Below, piece after piece: positions 50,232 through 61,700 of a stretch of 64,000 nucleotides of DNA. Position 1 is the stretch's first letter. Each line of letters opens with the position of its first letter. The notes below the pieces were generated by a model that was given only the letters and a program-made list of their open reading frames with translations, was not told where the DNA came from and ran no database searches. The translations under genes and the position numbers were made by a program. Origin of the DNA: Phaeosaccion multiseriatum (Eukaryota; Protista; Ochrophyta, other classes); assembly GCA_965112735.1 (NCBI GenBank), contig OZ218952.1, positions 1,922,001 to 1,986,000 on the forward strand, given 5' to 3'.

Positions 50232-50780
50232 CTCACGCTTTTAGCTACTTACGCCGCCCCTGTTGCCCTTCCTCCTTCTGCTCTCCTCTCCCTCCCTCCT
50301 CCCTCCCCTCCCTCCCTCCCTCCCCCTCTCCCTTTCCTCCCCCCCGCCTCCCCCCCCCCCCCTGGGTCACTGACTTCCGACCCCCTGTACGCAGGTACGG
50401 CGGTGCAGCGAGGGGGCAGGAGGAGCACGCCTACCCCGGGGGGGGCAAGGTCACGGCACTTGGAGCGGCGGCAATCTTCGGTCAGACCAAGGTATGGATG
50501 GTCAGGCAGGCAGTGGGGCAGTGGGGCAGTGGAGAGGGTAGGACGGTGCTCTCTGAAAACAGCAAGAAAAGTGCACAAGCTAGGCTCAGCTTCAAGTGGT
50601 TGGGGGTTTTGAGTACTATGTGGACAGGGTGTTTTGGCTTTGCCACGCTTCCTTCTCTGCTTCTTTCCAAGAATCAGTTCACAACCTGTAGAGTAAATGG
50701 AGCAAATAGGCAGATGTAGAGTGAATAGATGGATTTAGGGCCTTGATGAGCAGCAGCAGTAGAGGGTATTGGGTGGAGGC

Positions 50781-50821
<41 letters not shown>

Positions 50822-53055
50822 TGGGCTTAGGGTTTGGGTTAGGGGGTGTCGAACACGCGGCAGGACGACCATCGTACCGTCTCTGTCTGCTCTGTGGCGT
50901 GTGTTCCATGGGTGTTGCATGCGTCACTCAGCTCCTGCTGCTCATGTCTCTACCTGTTTGTATATGCGTTCGTCCTCACACTCACCCTTGGCACTCACAC
51001 ACACCCTCTCTCACACACACTCACACACACACACTCACACACACGCACACACACACACACAGGTGGTGGCGTACCTGCTGCAGCTTCCCGGGCTTGCCCT
51101 TGACCAAGCGGACTCCGGGGGGTGGACAGCGCTCATGCACGCCGCGTGCTGCGGTCACGAGGAGGTGCTGCTGCGCCTCCTCAAGGCAGGTGCCGACAGG
51201 TGTGTGTGTGTTGTGTGTTGTGTGGTGTGTGTGTGTGTGTGTGCATTGTGTGTGTATGTGGTGTGTTTCTTGTGCTTTTGTATTGTATGGGCTCGGTTTT
51301 CGGCGTGTAGACCCCAACAAAGGGCTGGCCGGACAGCTGCGGCCCGCGAATAGGTTTATGCGCCAAAGCTTACCAGGCCTTGCCTCAGTCTGAAGGAGCA
51401 CCCCCACAGCGGCTGACAACTGGAAGAGAAGAAGCTCTCAAGCTCAATACTCACACTCAAAGCTCATGCTTCACTCCCACCCACCCACCCACCTACCCTG
51501 CGCACGCACGCACACGCATCCTCAAAACGACTGCTCAGATACAAGAAGGCGCCTGGGCGACGAGGGAGCGGAGCCGTGAGTCTCGCCATCAGCAGCGGAC
51601 ATGTTGGCCTCGCCGCCGTCATCAATGCCGACCCCCTGAGGGTGGGGCTGCTGGAGCTCTGCAGGGAGGGCAAGGCGTTGCTCGCGGAGGGCCTTCTCAA
51701 GCAAGGTGGGTAACGCTAACGCTAACGCTGGGTGCGGTTGGTGCGGTTGGTACGGTTGGTACGGTGGGTACGGTGGGTACGGGGGAGGAGTGTGGATGGA
51801 AGGGGTAGAGAGAAGGAGCACAGCCCGTACGGTCAGTCAGTCAGTCGGCCTCCTCCTCCTCGTTCTTCGTCCGTCGTAAGTGCCCTCAGGACTCGGCCCC
51901 TCTCGCGTTGACTCTCTTGCACTGCCCTCTTTCCTCTGGTGCTTGCTCGCTTGCATTCTGTCCTCTGCTGCTCACTGCCCATGTCACCGCCCCTTCCCTT
52001 CCCGGTCAGGCGTGTCTCCGAACACACTGGACCACCGCGATGGATACAGCCACGGAACGCCGCTTATTGCCGCCGCAGGTGAGAGAGAGGCAGAGAGAAA
52101 GAGGGAGAGAGGGAGACACAAGAGAGAGAGAGACAAGAGAGCCAGATGGAGATGAAAGAAAGAGGGGACAAGAGAGACTGAGAAGAGAGAAAGTGAGGGG
52201 TGAGAGGGTGAGAGAGAGAGAAGGCAGGGGAGTCATTCATGCATTTCGAGCTTGGCAATCTTCAGACTCGACCACTGTGCCCCTCCCCGCCACAAACCCA
52301 CGCACACACGCACACACATAAGCTAATGTCTTCCGCCCTTCCTATCTCTTTCCTCTCTCTCTCTCTGTCTGTCTCTTATCGCCCACGGCTGTGCTGGGCT
52401 GCCGTGCTTGCCGCCTCTTACACGTCGCGCCTTCGCAGCCAACGGCCACAGATCGGTGGTCAAGCTGCTGCTGAGGCAACCGGGCATCGAGGTCAACAAG
52501 CCCAACCCTGGGGGGAGGACAGGTAGGCAAAGAGGACAGGGACAGGGACAGGGACAGCGAAGGACGTACGTCACCTCTCTGATGTGCGCTGCACTGCACC
52601 AAGATGGACGGGGCGGTAGGCACAGCAGTTGGTGATACAGCGGGGAGACAGATGGGGATGGCGCTGGCACATGTGCTCACTAGGAGCCCGAGTCGAAGCT
52701 GCTGAAAGCCTCTCTCTGACTCCCCCCTGACCCCCTATACTCGCATTGCGCCTCCCACATGTGCACCCGTCCTCCCTCTCTCTCTCCCTCTCTCTCTCTG
52801 TGTGCCTCCTCACCCACCCTCCATACGGCCATGCCCTCCCTCACTCCCTCCCCTCCCTCCCCACCCCCCAAAAGCCCTCATGGTAGCGTGTCACGGCGGG
52901 GCCCTGGGGGTGGTGCGGGACCTCCTGTTGGCAGGTGCCAAGAAGGGCCTGAAGGACGCCAAGGGCTGCTCAGCCGAGCATCATGCCTACCTCGGGGGAG
53001 GGCACGGGAGGATGGTTCTCGTCAAGGGGCTCTTCGCCGTCATGGGGGGGGGCGG

Positions 53056-53091
<36 letters not shown>

Positions 53092-53113
53092 GACCAAGGG
53101 ACGAAAAGTTTGA
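33300..53113 (+). CDS. Large VASt (StARkin) + split PDZ-like + VPS9 (Rab5-family GEF) + ankyrin-repeat protein (VARP/ANKRD27-like with N-terminal extension)
   Basis: Exons splice in phase from 33300-33587 through 42730-42910 and into the ankyrin exons; not every later junction was checked. VASt-like: LFDLLLDDGSPF..RKVSFVSPV..VTEAQRF..DLPCSDLFVVVAR..SIKEGAARAYRLSFDKW. VPS9: IGADDLLAALTWVLVQTNPPRL..GEGAYCLTQLSSALEY. Many ankyrin repeats follow to the stop at 53113. The start codon is uncertain. Confidence 0.86.
48976..49178. repeat. (CACCCT)n tract (TGAGGG on the minus strand), telomere-variant-like, intronic
   Basis: About 33 near-perfect hexamers. Confidence 0.95.
49414..49563. repeat. AT-rich 32-bp minisatellite CACAATATCATATCATTGCCCAAATCATTTGC, about 4.6 copies
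   Basis: Three full units, one 20-bp truncated unit and one further full unit. Confidence 0.95.
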
Positions 53114-53725
53114 CAAGGTATAGCGAGTGCCGATAACGTGACAAGGTATAGCGAGTGCCGACAACGACAGTAGTGTGGTGGAATGAATCACGGGAGGCAA
53201 CGCCCCTCTGCAGTTGCTGCCAGCGTTGTAAGCGAGGCGCAATCCAGCAGTATCAGCAGGGGCTTTCATTTGCTTCGTGACAAAAATGGAGTGAAAAGGT
53301 GAAATTAGAAGGCGTGTTATTACGTGCTGGCATGGAGTCCGTTGGTGCGCTTGGATCAAACTCGAACTGTGTCCTTCATGACTACCATCGCATTGGGCCG
53401 CCTGTGGACCGCCACACATAAGCGGAAATCGCCCTACACAGTCCCTACACAGTCCCTATTGTATCTCCTGTGCTCTTCGCTGGGCTCGGCTCGTACTCTT
53501 GCTACACCACAACACGCCGCCCTGACGCTTGTCCATGCAGGATTTGAATTAATTCACGCCGGAGGAGCCTGGGGCCTTCCTCCTCACCCTCCCTCTCTGC
53601 TTCAAGCGTATCTGTTGTTCCTTTTAGAGGCACACTGCGCTTGCTCCCTCCTCAATTTAACTGGCAGGCCTTTAGTAGTGAGGGCCGAAGCTTGGGTTTG
53701 GTAGATGAGTGAGTCGGTCCTGGCT

Positions 53726-53803
53726 TTAATGACTGTCCTCATGCACCTGTCCGAGCTCCGCCTTGAGTCTGTTGGGAGCGAGGGAGGGAGGCAGGGCCAG
53801 AGA

Positions 53804-53834
<31 letters not shown>

Positions 53835-54667
53835 CTAAGTCCAATGCCACGGAGAAGAGGGGAGACGAATGCAATCCACTCATGCCAGCCACTCCTTTCC
53901 AGCACAGGGTGTTGTAAAACACCGTTCCGAGCGTGCCAAGCAGAGCACCCACGGAGAGATGGATGGTCACATGACATGCAAGCATAGGACAGTCCACCAC
54001 ACGCTACACGTAACTGTTCGACCTTGAGCCCTGTGGACCGCATGATCTTGGTCCTCTCCTCCTCGTCTACCGAGTCCAGGATCTGCTTGAACTGAGCCAG
54101 CGCCGCATCTACGGCATCCATGGCTCCTTTCGCCTCTGAGAGAGGTACAAACAGGGGCACGTGAGAGGTACACTAGCCGGCAGCCTAGAAGCACCAAAAG
54201 GAGGGCGAGGGGCGAGGGGAAGAGCCCCAGACACGCATGCTCATCACATCATCCGATGGAAGTAAGGACTTATGTGCGTGTGTGTACCAAAAGAAAGAAG
54301 GAGAAGAAGGAGAGCACCTACCTTCGTCAAAGTAGACTGTCTCCTTGCTCTCCATTGCGCACTCAATCTCCTCTCGGGCATCCACAAATAGTCGATTAAA
54401 GTGGTCCATCTCTGCCCGCAGCTCAGCCTCCGAAAGCACACCTCCCCCTTCCCCTCCTCCCCCACTCGCACTACTCAGAGGTCTTCTCAGCGGATGCCTC
54501 GTCCTGTTGCTGTTGACGCGGCTATTGACGCACAGAGCTGCTGCTTCTCTGCAGCTCCAGGCCGCCCTGGTTGCGAAGGCCGCAGTACCCATGTGACAAT
54601 GTCTGGGACCCGCTACTGCTGCGGCAGCCTGCCTTCCCGCGACGTGTGCCAAGGACCGCAACATCAT
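53726..54667 (-). CDS. Small conserved helical protein with mitochondrial-type presequence (resembles the plant/fungal 'embryogenesis-like' family)
   Basis: Arg/Ala/Ser-rich N-terminus followed by FNRLFVDAREEIECAMESKETVYFDE|EAKGAMDAV..IMRSTGLKVEQ|LKAEL; 3 exons splice in phase. Confidence 0.75.
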
Positions 54668-55321
54668 CTTCTTTTCTTCCTTTTCCTTCGCCGGGATGCC
54701 GGGATAGTTTTCATCAGATGGCAGCTAAAGGCGAGCGCCTTTGCTTCCCCCGCCCCCTTCCCCCCACAACAAAAACAACCAGCAGCGTCAAATCAAGAGG
54801 AAACAGACTTGAAGACACATCAGGAAGGGGGCGCCATCCTTCTTCTGCTACTGGTGAGAGCGTGCCTCCGGATCAAGAATAACAAAGGTAAGAGGGGGGG
54901 TTGAAAGAAGGTGCGGACTCTCTTTGGGGGGAACCCTTGTGTAGGCCCTTCTGTCAGGAGGAAGCAGGGGAGGAGTGGGCTTGTCCTGTATGTTAGGTGT
55001 CACTACTCCTGCCCTTCCTCCACGGCCGCTCATTGCCCCCTGCTCCGCGTTCGCCCCTGTCCTGCCCGCAGCGCTCATCGGCTCCCGGCAGAGGAAAGCG
55101 GCGAAGAGCAACAGGGTTGAAGTAGACGGCACCGCAGTGGAAAATGCCTTTTCAAGAGGGGATCTACGCAGCGGAGGAGGATGGGTGCTACAGCTACTGC
55201 TGTTTCTTGCGCAGGAGGGAGTGGGCTGCTCTTTGAAGCCTGCCAGGCAGGAGGAGGCATCGGCGTATCATCTTGGAATACGTGCAAGAAGGGCACTTCT
55301 GCTTCGGGGGAGGTGTGAGCA

Positions 55322-56390
55322 GCCAACATCAATCACAATGAGATGCTCTTGTTTGATGGACTTGTGGAAAAGAGCCCCCCCAAGCACAGTGGAGACGGAG
55401 GGGGCTCTTTTCCTGGGAGAGCTTCATGAGCTCTCCGGAGGGCAGAGCTACGCTCTCTGCTTTGATGGGCTTGAGTTGCACCGACAAGTGCAACCGGTTA
55501 CTAATGTGCAGCCTCTACCTCATGAACGGCCGCTCGGAACGGCGCTTGTTCAGGCAGCTCATCCTCTTGAAGTGCACCTCCAACAAGGTGTACATCAACA
55601 ACGGCGGCCTTCGGAAGGATGGCAGCAGAAAGCGGCGCCGTTCCGAGGGGCCGTTCATGAGGTACAGACAGCACTCTGCAAACTGGTTGCACCCGTCGGT
55701 GCAGCTCAAGCCCATCAGACCAGAGAGCGTGAATCTGTTTTCCGGAGAGCTCATGAAGCTCCCCCAGGAGAAGACCCCCCCCGTATCCACTTTGCTTGGG
55801 GGGGCTCTTTTCCACAAGTCCATCAAGAAGAGCATCTCATTGTGCGTGATGTTTGCTCTCTTGATCCACTTTTGGAAGAAGAGGAGGGTCACCTGTGGAG
55901 CATGTTTGTCGTGGGAGGGTGACAGTCTGTCACCCTCTGCCCGACTGTCACCCTCCCACGACACACAGGTGACGTTACTCTTCTTCCAAAAGTGGATCAA
56001 GCGAGCCAACATCAGTCACAATGAGATGCTTTTCCTGATGGACTTGTGGAAAAGAGCCCCCCCAAGCACAGTGGAGACGGAGGGGCTCTTTTCCTGGGAG
56101 AGCTTCATGAGCTCTCCGGAGGGCAGAGCTTCGCTCTCTGCTTTGATGGGCTTGAGCTGCACCGACGGGTGCAACCGGTTGCTACAGTGCAGCCTCTACC
56201 TCATGAACGGCCGCTCGGAACAGCGCTTATTCAGGGAGCTCATCCTCTTGAACTGCACCTCGAACAAGGTGTACATCACCAACGGTCGCCTTCGCTGCGA
56301 AGCCCGCCGGAATCGCATGCGTCAGGTCTTTGTGGCGGGACAGGGGCGTCGCTCTGGCCGCCGACTGACGAGTGAGCTGCTGCTGTGAGT
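55322..56390. pseudogene. Three partial copies (+, -, +) of the Cys-rich exon found intact at 63603-63982
   Basis: NEMLxLMDLWKRAPPS..SFMSSPE..LMGLSCTD.CN occurs at about 55322-55640 (+, 1-nt frameshift in a G run near 55400), 55641-55927 (-) and 55944-56295 (+). Confidence 0.8.
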
Positions 56391-56959
56391 TGCGGAGGGA
56401 GGGTCGCTTCTGGCTCTGGCTCCGTAGCGGGCGTCGGGGGGTGGCGCTGTGGCTGCTCAATGCGCTCGGGGGTGCTGAGAGACGACGGCAGCACGGCAGC
56501 GAGGAGCCAATGTTGGGTGCGGGAAGACTGCCTACTGCGGCTGAACGAAGAAAGGAGGCCAGCAGCCAGCCAGGGAGGAGTGGGACGCGCAAGAGCCAGA
56601 GCCAGGTGGAGGTGGAGGTGGTGACGGAACCAAAACTTTGTAGGTACGACACTGGACGAGCGCAGAGGGTGATGCAGACATGGATGAGATGTGGGACTGG
56701 CTGACTGGTGGTATGTTCTTCTTCTTTAGCACGGTCGGTGGTAGGGCTTGTGCTCGATGGGGCTGTGGGGAGGGGCAATGCTCTGCTGTCTCTGGGCGTC
56801 TAAACAACACTCGTCGGGTCCTTTCCCTCCTCTGAACACCCCCCCCCTTCACGTCGAATCAGGCTGGACCGGCAAGGCGAGCATCAACTCCTGAGTCACA
56901 GTGACCTGGACACTGCGGTGGACACCATGGGCCTGACTGTCTGTCGATCGGGGCTACGC

Positions 56960-57580
56960 TACGCTATCAAGGGGGTTGTGGCGGACCTCCGTTCGCCGAA
57001 CGGTCCAGACCAGAGGGGGTGCGAGTCCCTGCTGGCATGCCTCGAGTGGAAATTCCAAGTGCCAGCGGTGCTCCTCACCTCGAGCGGATCCTGCCCCCAA
57101 CCGGCGTGGCACAGCTTCTTCACACCTGCCCGACCTGGCCCGGAAGTGCCCCTCGCCGACTGCCTCCTTCTGCTCTACCACACCGACCACGCCTCACCGC
57201 CGTGCGCTGCCGCGCTTCGCTTCTTTGGGCCGAAGGAACTCAGGGAAGCCCAGGTGCACTTGGCCATGGACCGAGCCTGCTACGACGCCCCGGAGTCGGA
57301 TTCTTCTAGCTACTCCCCCTGCTCCCCTCGGTGACCCGTTGTACGCTGCGAACCTCCCAGCCAGCCACGGGTGCCAGCTGCGTACCTGGGCCCTGAGGTG
57401 CTCCAAGAGGCTCCTTATCTTCCAGACCCCGCCCATGAGCCTCCTGAACCATACGACGTCCGGACCTGAAGACGGCTTAGCCTGGGCTCGAGAGATCTGT
57501 GGAGGAGGGGACACCTCGGACTCCGAAATTTGAGCATGGCTCAAGGACCTTGCGACAAAGGTGGAGAAGCAAGAAGCAAG
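56960..57580 (+). pseudogene. Degenerate duplicate of the 60090-60700 coding region
   Basis: Near-identical GCESLLACLEWK..DCLLLL..ASPPCAAALRFFGPK sequence, with a frameshift near 57315 and a CGA>TGA stop at 57531. Confidence 0.8.
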
Positions 57581-58772
57581 CAGCACCGCTTCTTCGAGGT
57601 TAGGGGAGGAGGGGGGCGAGGGAGTTGAGTGAGGGAGTGAGCGTCCCTTCCCCCATGAGTAAAACCTGAGTCACCCGTTTTCTCTTCTTTAGCCACTACT
57701 GGCCCACCTTTAAAAATTAAAATTATTTGATATTCCCCCTCTGCCCGCTCGAGACTAGTGCCACGTCGTCGTTGTCTGATTGTTTGGCCTCTCCTTCGTC
57801 CACCGGTACGCCTGTTGTTGCCTCGCTCCTCCTCCCACGACGCTCTCGGCCCATCGTCATCTTGTGGGGGCAGCCAACGCAGGATGGGTGTCTGTCCGCT
57901 GGGGAAATGAGCGAGTGCTCAGCGTCCAGAGTAGCCATAGGCAAGGGAGGACCCCTTGTTTTCCCCATCCGGCACACTCAGGAGCAGGTCAACTGCCTCA
58001 TTCCCCGAGCGAAGAAAGCTTGTGTGCCCTACCCGGATCGTAGCTATTCCCCACTCTCCATGGTTGCGTAGACTACCGCATCTCCCATTACATCGAGGAT
58101 GGCTGGCTGATACCCACTCCCAAGCCGACAGCCGTCATCGCCCATTGCTTCCTGACGCTGAGAGCGCCGGGCTGGCTGTGTCCTGAGCCTTGCTTTGACG
58201 TCGCTCCGTCCCATTGCCTGGCTGCGTGAGCTACCCTTCCATCGCTCGTCGTTCACCACCAGCAGTAGAGAGGCATTGAGAGACAACACAAAGCGGCCCA
58301 GGAGGGGTCAGCAGGACTAGTACCGCAAGAAGCAAGAGGTCACGGTTGCCTCTGCCTGTAAGCAACGATTGCGGCCGAAGGCCAGGCCTTTGTTTCCTTG
58401 AGATAAACAACCAAGGCTCTACAGTCTTTAGGGTGGTGCATTCATGACGGTCCCGCCAATCCCCGCCATGTACTCACCTAGTCCGGTGGTTCGTCTTCCT
58501 GGACAATTTGCTTTTAAAAAAGCATTGAGCACTCCATCTCCAATGGCTATGGACATGTTTCTTCCTCTGGGAGAGAAGCAACATTGCATGGATCTCCCCC
58601 TTCGAAGCGAGCGGGCCGTAACCTCTTTCTTGCTTGAGCCTGCTGCGTAGTCTACAGTAGGTGTGAGAAGAGAGTTTGAGTTTTAGTTTTTGCGAATTTG
58701 GAGGCGCTAAGCAAATGCAGCGAGAGACGCAAATTTAAACGACGCGGGAGGCCCGAGCGACACACACAAAGC

Positions 58773-61700
58773 ATGGCGGCGGCACGCGGAGGAGGGGAGC
58801 ACAGCAGCGACGACGATGAAGTCCAGTGGATCAGTACAAAACCCGCCCCCCCAGAAAGTTCTTCCACCATTCCCATCGTAGTCATGGACACGAGCAGCGA
58901 CGAGGACGAGGCCGAAGCGGAGCACGAGGGGGGCAGCCGCGACGGGAGTGAAGAGCACAGGGTAAGAAAGGCTACTTGCGCATCCTCTCCCAGGCAGCCA
59001 GCCACAGCCAGGGGTTTTGTTTGCGTACTTGCTTGCTTTGCTTCTTGTTGCTTGGCTGGTCGGCGTTGTTGGGCGGGCCCGGCCCCCGGCGCGGTGCGTG
59101 GCCCGCGTGGCTGTGAGCGCGGCCGTCAGCAAACATCGAGGGCCTTGTTGCTGCTGACGAGAACTCTCAGCCAGCCCCTCGCTCCGTCTTCCCTGTTGTT
59201 GCTGCTGACGAGAAGAAGAACTTGCCCTCCCTCCGCCCTCCGCTCCGCCCTCCCTCCGCCCAACCTCCTCCGCCTCCTTCCCGCGCCCAACCACAACACC
59301 AGCGCGGAGGAGCAGGGGGCTCGCCCGGCGGGGGTCGGGGGGGCAGCAGTGACGGGGGTGAAGAGGAGCACAAGGTGAGAAAGTTGCTTGCTTGCTTGCT
59401 TGCTTGCTTGCTGACGAGAAGTGTAGCTAACGAGTCATTAGATATCTAAACTTGCCCCTCACTCCACGCCTTCTTCCCAAGGACGCCGAGAACGACCACC
59501 ATCAGCGCGGAGGAGCAGGGGGCTCGCCCGGCGGGGGCCCGGGGGGAGCGGCAATTATGGCTGCTGAGTCACCAGAAAGATGGAGGCACGGTGAAGAGGA
59601 GCACAAGGTGAGAAAGCGTATTCTTTGTTTGCTGTGGAGGCGCTAATAAATGGTTTAGATCCCTGCTTGCTTGCTTGCTGACGAGAACTTGCTCTCACTC
59701 TCGGCCCCTCGCTCCGCCCAACAGAACGCCGACAACGACCAGCAGCAGCCGCGGGGCACGGGAAGCGCGGGAAGCAGCACGGCAGCAGCACCTGGAGTCA
59801 CCGGGCTTGCTAAGTGGCAGCTGCGTATCTCCCAGATACTGCTCGCTAACGGGATGGACCTGTACGAGGGGCCGCCCGGGCCGGACGCGATGGTGTATGC
59901 GGCTCTGCGCAGCGTGAGGGGCTTTGATGCGAAACTGACGAAGGCAGAAGCCAGTGAATTCCGCATCAAGCTGGCGGACGAGGTGGACGGCCTGCGGCCG
60001 GAGCAGCCCCGGGTCAATCAATTGGTGACCACGCTGCGCCACTTTCACCGCCCACGTCGAGGCCTTGAGCACGAGACCACCGATGCTGACCTGCTCAAGG
60101 GGGCTGCGGCAGCAATCATTTCGCCGGACGGTCCATTCCCGAGGGGGTGCGAGTCTCTGGTGGCATGCCTGGAGTGGAAACTCCAAATCCCAGCGGTGCT
60201 CATCACCTCGAGCGGGCCCTGCCCCCAACTGGTGTGGCACAGCTTCTTCACACCTGCCCGAGCTGGCCCGCAAGTGCCCCTCGCAGATTGCCTCCTTCTG
60301 CTCCACCACCAACACACCGACCACGCCTCACCGCCGTGCGCTGCCGCGCTTCGCTTCTTTGGGCCGAAGCAACTCAGCGAAGCCCAGGTCCACTTGGCCA
60401 TGGACCGAGCCAGTGCCAGCTACGACGACCCGGAGTCGGATGCTTCTTATACTCCTCTTGCTCCCCTCGGTGACCCGTACGCTGCGAACCTCCCAGCCAG
60501 CCACGGGTGCCAGCTGCGTGCCTGGGCCCTGCGGTGCTCCAAAGGCTCTCCCTCTTCCAGGACCCGCCCATGAGTCTGAACCGTAGTACGTTCGGACCTG
60601 ATGACGGCTTCGCCTGGGCCCGAGACATCTGTGGAGGAGCGGACACTGCGGAAGTTCGAGCATGGCTCAAGGACCTTGCGACAATGGTGGAGAAGCAAGC
60701 AGACCCGATCCTCCTCAAGACGTTGCAGACTCTCCTCGACCCCGCCCAAGGAGAAGGACAGCCCGATGAATTGCTCCTCAAGAAGGCCACGGTGGATGAC
60801 CTGCGGCGGGATTGGTGTCTTCTTGGCCCGAGCGACTTGTCCCTCGCTGCCATCGAGTGGTGCCTAGGCAAGCCCCTCGTTTTCATCTCGCAACACGCGA
60901 GCGAGCCCGGGGACCAGCCCTCCGCACCTGTGGAACATCGCTTCTTCAACCGGGCCCGCGCCCACCCCACCCCCCTGGGCCAATGTATCCTCCTGCATCA
61001 CGGCCGTCGATTCCACGGCGCCCCGGCCATCATCTCCACCCTGCGTCTCGGTCTCGGGGGGGACGACGTGCGCGCAGTCGCCAAAGAACTCGACCAAGTC
61101 CTTCGCCAAGAGAGCAACCTCGAGGTGAGCGAGCCCTCGCTTCCTTCCTTCCTTCCTTCTGTCGCTCTCGCTCTGGCTGGTGGCTGGTTGTGGCTGTGTG
61201 TCTCTGTCCCTGTTCTCTGCGTGTCTCTCTGTCCCTGTTCTCTGTGTGTCTCTCTGTCCCTGTTCTCTGTGTGTCTCTCTGTCTCCAACCCTCTCTCCCT
61301 CCCTCCCTCCCTCCCTCTCTCCCTCCCTCCCTCCCTCCCTCCTACCCCCCCCCGTCCCTCCCTCCTTTATATTGATTGTTACTGGCTGATTACGTGGCTT
61401 CGGCGTGGACATTATTGGGGTCCTGGCTGGCTGAGCGATACCCAATCTGACTTCCTATTTTTTGATTCCCCCCCCCCCTCCCCTCCTCGGTTCCCTCCTC
61501 TTTCCAATTTGCTGAATGTACTACCCCATGTCCTGTGCCATACATACATACAGAGGGAGGTGAGGCACGCCCGACACAGGTAGCTTCTGCCTGTCCGTTT
61601 TACTAAGCAATCCTCCCAATCTCTTTGTGACTCGTGCAGGCTGCTGCTGCCCCCCCCCAACCCCCCAATGCACCCGCGGGAGAGCAGGAGGAGGTGAGTC

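Noticed and set aside
57723-58650. Possible transposon terminus or ORF remnants after the AT-rich patch at 57710
   Set aside because: No terminal inverted repeat, LTR or catalytic motif identifiable.
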